Shown piece by piece: positions 51,994 to 64,000 of a DNA stretch of 64,000 nucleotides. Under the pieces are notes generated by a model that was given only the letters and a program-made list of their open reading frames with translations, was not told the origin of the DNA and made no database searches. Numbering within the stretch: the first letter of the stretch is position 1; every line of letters starts with the position of its first letter. Source of the stretch: Octopus vulgaris (taxonomy: Eukaryota). The stretch covers positions 94,116,001-94,180,000 of the forward strand of contig OX597823.1 of assembly GCA_951406725.2 (NCBI GenBank), given 5' to 3'. A program made the translations under genes and the position numbers.

Positions 51994-52654
51994 TATGTAT
52001 TATGTATTCTCGTCTCAGTATTTTGTATTTTCTACTGTTTGATCAGGATTCAGTTGTTTGATTTTAGCTATATTACCAGCTCCAGAAGTAAGGTGCTTTG
52101 TATTCCGCAAAAACATGTATCTTTAATGTACTTCTCAAGCAGAATGAACGTCACACCTTGAGTAATAAGGATGTACTATTTGAATTACTGGTACTCTTCC
52201 AAATGAGCTTCTATGCAGTTTGCAGACACTCGGTTTTACTTACAATTCTTGGGTTGATCTGAGACTTAAAAGAAATAACATTTGTCAGGGATGCCACGCA
52301 TTGGGCTCGAACCTGCGACCTTGTAGTTACTAAAGAAAAAATCTTAAGCATTGGACTACGCAGTGCCTACGCAACAATACTTGCAGCAATAATACAAATA
52401 CCAAAATAACTAACAATTAAAAATAAAACCATTCCCCCGTCACAATATAAAGGAACCTGTTAACACAAACACCAGAAAACAATGAGAGATAAAGAGAAAC
52501 ACAACAGAAGGATGGTCTTAACGAGTTGAATTTTGTGTGAAAATGTCAGCTTGTTGCATGAAAACTAAAATATTAATGAATCGGATAGATGCGCTGGCTA
52601 AAATCCAATTAATTGGAAATGAAAATGGCATTTACTAACGGAAACCAGGAATTT

Positions 52655-52699
52655 GTATAATAATAATCATAATAATAATAATAATTATCATTATTATTA

Positions 52700-52740
<41 letters not shown>

Positions 52741-52788
52741 GTTATTATAGTAATAATAATGATGATGATGATGATAATAATAATAATG

Positions 52789-52855
<67 letters not shown>
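52655..52855. repeat. (AAT)n/(ATT)n/(GAT)n compound microsatellite with polarity switches
   Basis: Direct reading. Confidence 0.9.
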
Positions 52856-54190
52856 AGATATAACTAATGCCAACCAAAATGTTTCAATGTTACACAGGTA
52901 TTTGGTGCAAATTTATGGTTAAACAAGTGATATATCATTGTAGTTTGTAATGTTAGCAGAAAAAGAAGCACTAAGCTTATAGGCGGTTAGTTGGCGCAAT
53001 CGTTACAACGCTGGGTAGATTCCTTTGGCTGTGTGAGTTCATATCCGCAAGAGTCAATTTTACTTTTCAATTTTTTGCTTTTTTGTTCAGAGACAATGAA
53101 TAAAATACCAGATTTGTACTGAGATCGAAACGTTTCATTCGCTCACTCGTTTTTCAGATCTATCTGCCGTTGTCTTTTTAAAAAAGAAATCGGTTGTTGT
53201 CAGACCTAGGGGGAGAGATTTGCTCTACCAACTCTAAAAATACCCAAATTATACTGTATGTCACAATGGTGCCGCTACGATCCCTACAAGAAATGGAATC
53301 CCCAAGATAAGAAAATTAAAATTATATTTCTAATTTTGGCACTCAACTCCCGTTTCAAATTCTGCTGTTATTCTTTGAAAGCCCCTTTTCTTTGTAGTCA
53401 TCGAAGATCTTAAAATAAACAGGCTCTGCTCCTTATATATTCTATTTTCGCTCATTTGCGGCTGGTTGTGTCTGGTCCGGACCAAAATCGTTACGGCAGA
53501 CCCATCTTTATTTTTATCATATACTTATATATTTATGTATTTCTCTATTAATTTATTTTCTTAGGTTTTGCTCCGAAAGAGGCCGGCTCTCGACTAGCAA
53601 ATCCACAGATCCCTTATCAAAGTTTTTCCCCAGTGACTAAAACCCCTTTTATTCAGATATTGCATCTGAAGAACTATATACTTAATGTGTCCTTCGTTTT
53701 ATAATTTACGTAAGCAATGATTTGAGAGCGACTTGACAGCTATTTCAAGCAGCTTTTCAAAGGCAACATTGTTGGCTCCTCTCGTTACTAATATTTTCTG
53801 TTTTACATTCATTCCAGCATCAATGCGCAAGAATATAAAAGCAAAAACATAGGGCTTTGCCAACCGTTGTTCACAGCGCTGCACGGAATCTCATATGACA
53901 AACGAAAATTACAGAAACTTATGATAAATATTGCTATGCCACCAGTATCTATTAAAAATCATGGATGTGACATGATAAATGATATTCAATGGTGTGATAT
54001 CTTCTAGTATTCCATTGCACAAATTTGATATGTCATATTTCTTATGCAGTTAACAGGAGGAAATAGATTTCATATCTTTTGAATTAGATGTTGTTGCTGA
54101 AGTTATTGTTGTTATTATTTTGTTGTTGTTGATGCCGGTGGTGCTGGTGGTGGTGGAGGTGATCTTTTTTGAAAATTATGTATATGTATG

Positions 54191-54231
<41 letters not shown>

Positions 54232-54232
54232 T

Positions 54233-54293
<61 letters not shown>

Positions 54294-54334
54294 TATATAT
54301 ATGTATGTATGTATACATACAGATATGGATACAT

Positions 54335-54580
54335 ATGTGGAGGCGCAATAGCCAGTGGTTAGACCAGCGGACTCGTGGTCGTAGGATCGCAGTTTCGATT
54401 CCCAGACCGGGAGTTGTGAGTGGTTATTGAGCGAAAACACCTAAAGCTCCGCGCGGCTCCGGCAGGGGATGGTGGCGAAACCTTCTGTACTCCTTCGTCA
54501 CAACTTCCTCTCACTCTTTCTTCGTGTTTCTGTTCTGCCTGTATTTCAAAGGGCCAGCCTTGTCACCCTCTTGTGTTCCT
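54335..54580 (+). mobile_element. tRNA-derived SINE family D
   Basis: gtggaggcgcaatagccagtggttagaccagcggactcgtgg..gtttcgattcccagac. Confidence 0.8.
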
Positions 54581-54694
54581 GGACGTTGCTTTTTATGCCT
54601 TCTACAGATTGCTCGAAGATTACAAGCTTCCTACACTTTGATCCACGGATCTTAGCTTTACACACACATACGTGCACGTACACACACACTCACA

Positions 54695-55104
54695 GTGTTT
54701 GTGTAAAGAAGCTTGCTTACCAACAACATGGTTCCGCGTTGAGGCCCACTGTGTGGCACCTTGGACAAGTGTCTTCTACTATAGCCTCGGGCCGACCAAA
54801 GCGTTGTTAGTGGATTTGGTAAACGGAAACTGACAGAAGCCCATCGTATATATATGTGTGTGTGTGTGCATGCGTGCGTATGTATGTATATGTATATGTG
54901 TTTGTGTGTCTGTATTTGTCCCTCCCAACATCGCTTGATAACCGATACTGGTGTGTTTACGTCCCCGTAACCTAGTTCGGCAAAAGACACCGATAGAATA
55001 AGTACTAGGCTTACAAAGTCCTGGGGTTGATTTACTCGACTAAAGGCGGTGCTCCAGCATGGCCGCAGTGAAATGACTGAAACAAGTAAACGAATAAAAG
55101 AATA

Positions 55105-55155
<51 letters not shown>

Positions 55156-55305
55156 CGAGCTTCTTTCAGTTTCCATCTACCAAATCCATTTCTAATGCTC
55201 TGGTCGACCGGAGACTCTAGTCGGAGACACTTGCCCATGGTGCACTGGGACTGAACCCGGAACCATGTAGTTGGGAAGCAAACTCTTAGCTACACATCCA
55301 CGCCT
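54695..55305. mobile_element. Convergent SINE family A pair separated by (TA)n
   Basis: + copy 54695-55105 and - head 55155-55305. Confidence 0.85.
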
Positions 55306-56222
55306 CTACATATTTTTAGTCAGGACGGAAGAGCAATGCACATGGCATTTGACATTATTCCTCACCCACTTGCCTTGAGAATGGCCGGAGAGAAGATATT
55401 CTCAAACGAAAAATATTTGCAACAAATTCTAATCCGCTAAAGTATCCAAAGAACCTGGTGGTATTTTTAAACTAGCCAAGGATTAAATCCCGCAACAAAA
55501 TAAGCCATAGCGAGATTTGAACTCAACAAAAATATGTAGAAATAAATACTATAAAACATTGAGTTCTTTACTATAAAGTACAATAATTGGTTCATTAGAG
55601 TCTCTTTCCCTCTATCCGATTTTGTATAGATTTACACCACTGATGTCATTTTGAATAAAGAAGAGAATCTCTTTTTACTCTAGACTAAAAAGAATTACGA
55701 AAAGGTACAAGACTTTCAAAATGTGAAATTTTAAAGAATCGGAATATTCCATTAATGCGTGGCAGGGATTCGAAACCGAATTTCTAGCTAATCGGTCGGA
55801 CATCACAGTTGTTTCGTGTGATCAGTCTAGTAAGTACTCAATCAGAGTCAAGCGATCGCGTGATTCAATCTTCTAGAATCTACTTCTTATACCCTATAAA
55901 AAGCTAATTTTGGCGATAATTGATTGTGGAATGTTGAGACAATTGATTGATATGTGCCTTCATTATTGCCACACACGACGGTTCCAGATACTTGCGAAGA
56001 CATCTTCAGGTTCTTCGACAGACCAAGCTTAATATTCACAGAGTATTCCATAAGTAAATTCTTCGAACACGACGCACTCCTACATTCTCTATAACTATTG
56101 CTGTTCTTATCTGTAACAAACCAACACAGTTTGTTTAATCTGCGACGATAAATTCGTCTCTTTAATGTTCGGAAGTGTTGTTCATATGTCCTATTTATTA
56201 AACTTAAAGAAGACATTTTTAC

Positions 56223-56275
<53 letters not shown>

Positions 56276-56364
56276 CATAAATATATATATATATATACAC
56301 ATATCTGAATATATATACAAATATACATACATTTATATATACACACATATACACAGAACATATA

Positions 56365-57050
56365 CATTTCTTTATTGCCCACAGGGGGCTAAACATAGAG
56401 GGGACAAGCAAGGACAGACAAAGGGTCTACGTCGACTACATCGATTCCAGTGCGTAACTGGTACTTATTTAATCGACCTCGAAGGGATGAAAGGCAAAGT
56501 CGACCCCAGCGGAATTTGAACTCAGAACGTAACGGTAGACGAAATACTTATTTCTTTACTACACACAAGGGGCTAAACACACAGAGGATAAAGCAAGGAC
56601 AGACAAACAGATAAAGTCGATTACATCGACCCCAGTGTGTAACTGGTACTTAATTTATCGACCCCGAAACGACGAAAGGCAAAGTCGACCTCGGCGGAAT
56701 TTGAACTCAGAATGTAGCGATAGACGAAATACCGCTAAGCATTTCGCCCGGCATGCTAACGTTTCTGCCAGCTCGCTGCCTTCTTAAAGGCAAAATCGAG
56801 CACGACGGAATTTGAACTCAGAACGTAGCGGCTGACGAAATACCTATTTCTTTACTATCCACAAGGAGCTAAAAACAGAGAGGACAAACAAGGACAGACA
56901 CACGGATTAAGTCGATTACATCGACCCCAGTGCGTAACTGGCACTTAATTTATCGGCCCCGAAAGGATGAAAGGCAAAGGCGACCTAGGTGAAATTTGAA
57001 CTCAAAACGTAACGGCAGAGGAAATACGGCTACGCATTTGGCCCTGCGTG
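56365..57050 (-). mobile_element. Tandem array of SINE family B core units (~185 bp, three plus a fragment)
   Basis: tttcttta.t.ccaca..gggctaaa at ~56367, ~56551, ~56847, each followed by gtcga..acatcga..ccagtg..taactgg..ctt and gaaaggcaaag. Confidence 0.85.
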
Positions 57051-57143
57051 CTGCTTTAGTGCCCCAGGAATTAATACTGGGATAGAAACTCGTATTTAGT
57101 AGAAGAGAAGAAAACTGAATAAGGAGACAAACACACACACGCA

Positions 57144-57219
<76 letters not shown>

Positions 57220-57280
57220 TTAATGAAATGGATAAATGAATTATCTTGTTACGGATTATTCAAAATTTAACCGATATATG

Positions 57281-57337
<57 letters not shown>

Positions 57338-57399
57338 CTATACATGCATTTATACATACATATGCACATAGCTATATACATATATATGGATAAATGCAT

Positions 57400-58184
57400 A
57401 GGCAGAGTGGCCACTGTGTTGTAAGGAGTTTGTTTGCCAGCCTTATCTTTCTGGGTTCAGTTCCATTGCCGGACACCTTCGTCAAGTCTCATCTACTCCA
57501 GCCTTGAGCCAATCAAAGCCTTGTGAGTGGTAATGATAGACGAAACTTAAAGAAACCCATCATACATTTAGCTGTATGTATATGTGGTGTGTAAATATAT
57601 CTTTATATATGTGTGTTTCCTCCATCAACCGGCGTTGGTGTGTTTACGCCCTCGTAACACTTGCGGTTCAGCAAAGGGAACTGATACGAAAAGCTACTGG
57701 GTTCGATTCATTCGATTAAATTCTTTTAGGCAGTGCCCCAGCATGACCACACTCCGATGACTACAACATGTAAAATTAAATATGTAAATACATATGTATA
57801 GGCGCAGGCGTGGCTGTGTGGTTATGTAGCTTGCTTACCAGCCACGTGGTTCCGGGTTCAGTCCCACTGCGTGACACCTTGTGCAAGTGTCTTCTACTAT
57901 AGCCTCAGACCGTTCAAAGTCTTGTGAGAGGATTTGGTAGATGGAAACTGAACGAAGCCCATCGATATGTGCGTGTGTGTGTATGTTTGTGTGTCTGTGA
58001 TTGTCCACCACCATAGCTTTACAACCGATGCTACTGTGTTTACATACCCGTAACTTAGCGGTTCGGCAAAAGAATCGCTGGAACAAGTACTAGGCTTACA
58101 AATAATAAGTCCTGGGGTCTATGTGCTCCAGCATGGCCGCAGTCAAATGGCTAAAACAAATAAAAGAATAACAGAACAAAAGAA

Positions 58185-58185
<1 letters not shown>
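57400..58185 (+). mobile_element. Two tandem SINE family A copies (older 57400-57780, younger 57800-58185)
   Basis: Heads ggcagagtggccactgtg and aggcgcaggcgtggctgtgtgg; shared 3' bodies. Confidence 0.8.

Positions 58186-64000
<5,815 letters not shown>

Noticed and set aside
56365-57050. CRISPR-like repeat-spacer array
   Set aside because: Whole ~185-bp units are homologous, with no unique spacers or cas genes; eukaryotic SINE multimer

Overview
AT-rich, repeat-saturated eukaryotic DNA with no recognisable host exon. The tRNA-derived SINE families, dense (TA)n/(TATG)n/(TAGA)n/(AAT)n microsatellites and LINE fossils suggest an octopus (coleoid cephalopod) intron or intergenic region; this is inference from repeat content. 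Nearly all supplied ORFs are microsatellite translations. The only real coding signals are retroelement/transposon remnants: RTE, CR1/L2-like, R4/Dong-like RT, a mariner 3' end and a Penelope-like GIY-YIG C-terminus. The main unexplained structure is about 18 type-I hammerhead ribozyme (HHR) motifs, read by eye, from roughly 10-11 sequence families. Most sit in inverted or tandem repeats embedded in microsatellites, the layout of Penelope-like element (PLE) pseudo-LTRs and retrozymes. Highlights: core variants (G3:C8, U3:A8, U6), family-specific palindromic helix III, one HHR with a ~310-nt insert in helix II, and a tRNA-head + microsatellite + HHR element. All structures were folded by hand; none were computed or tested.
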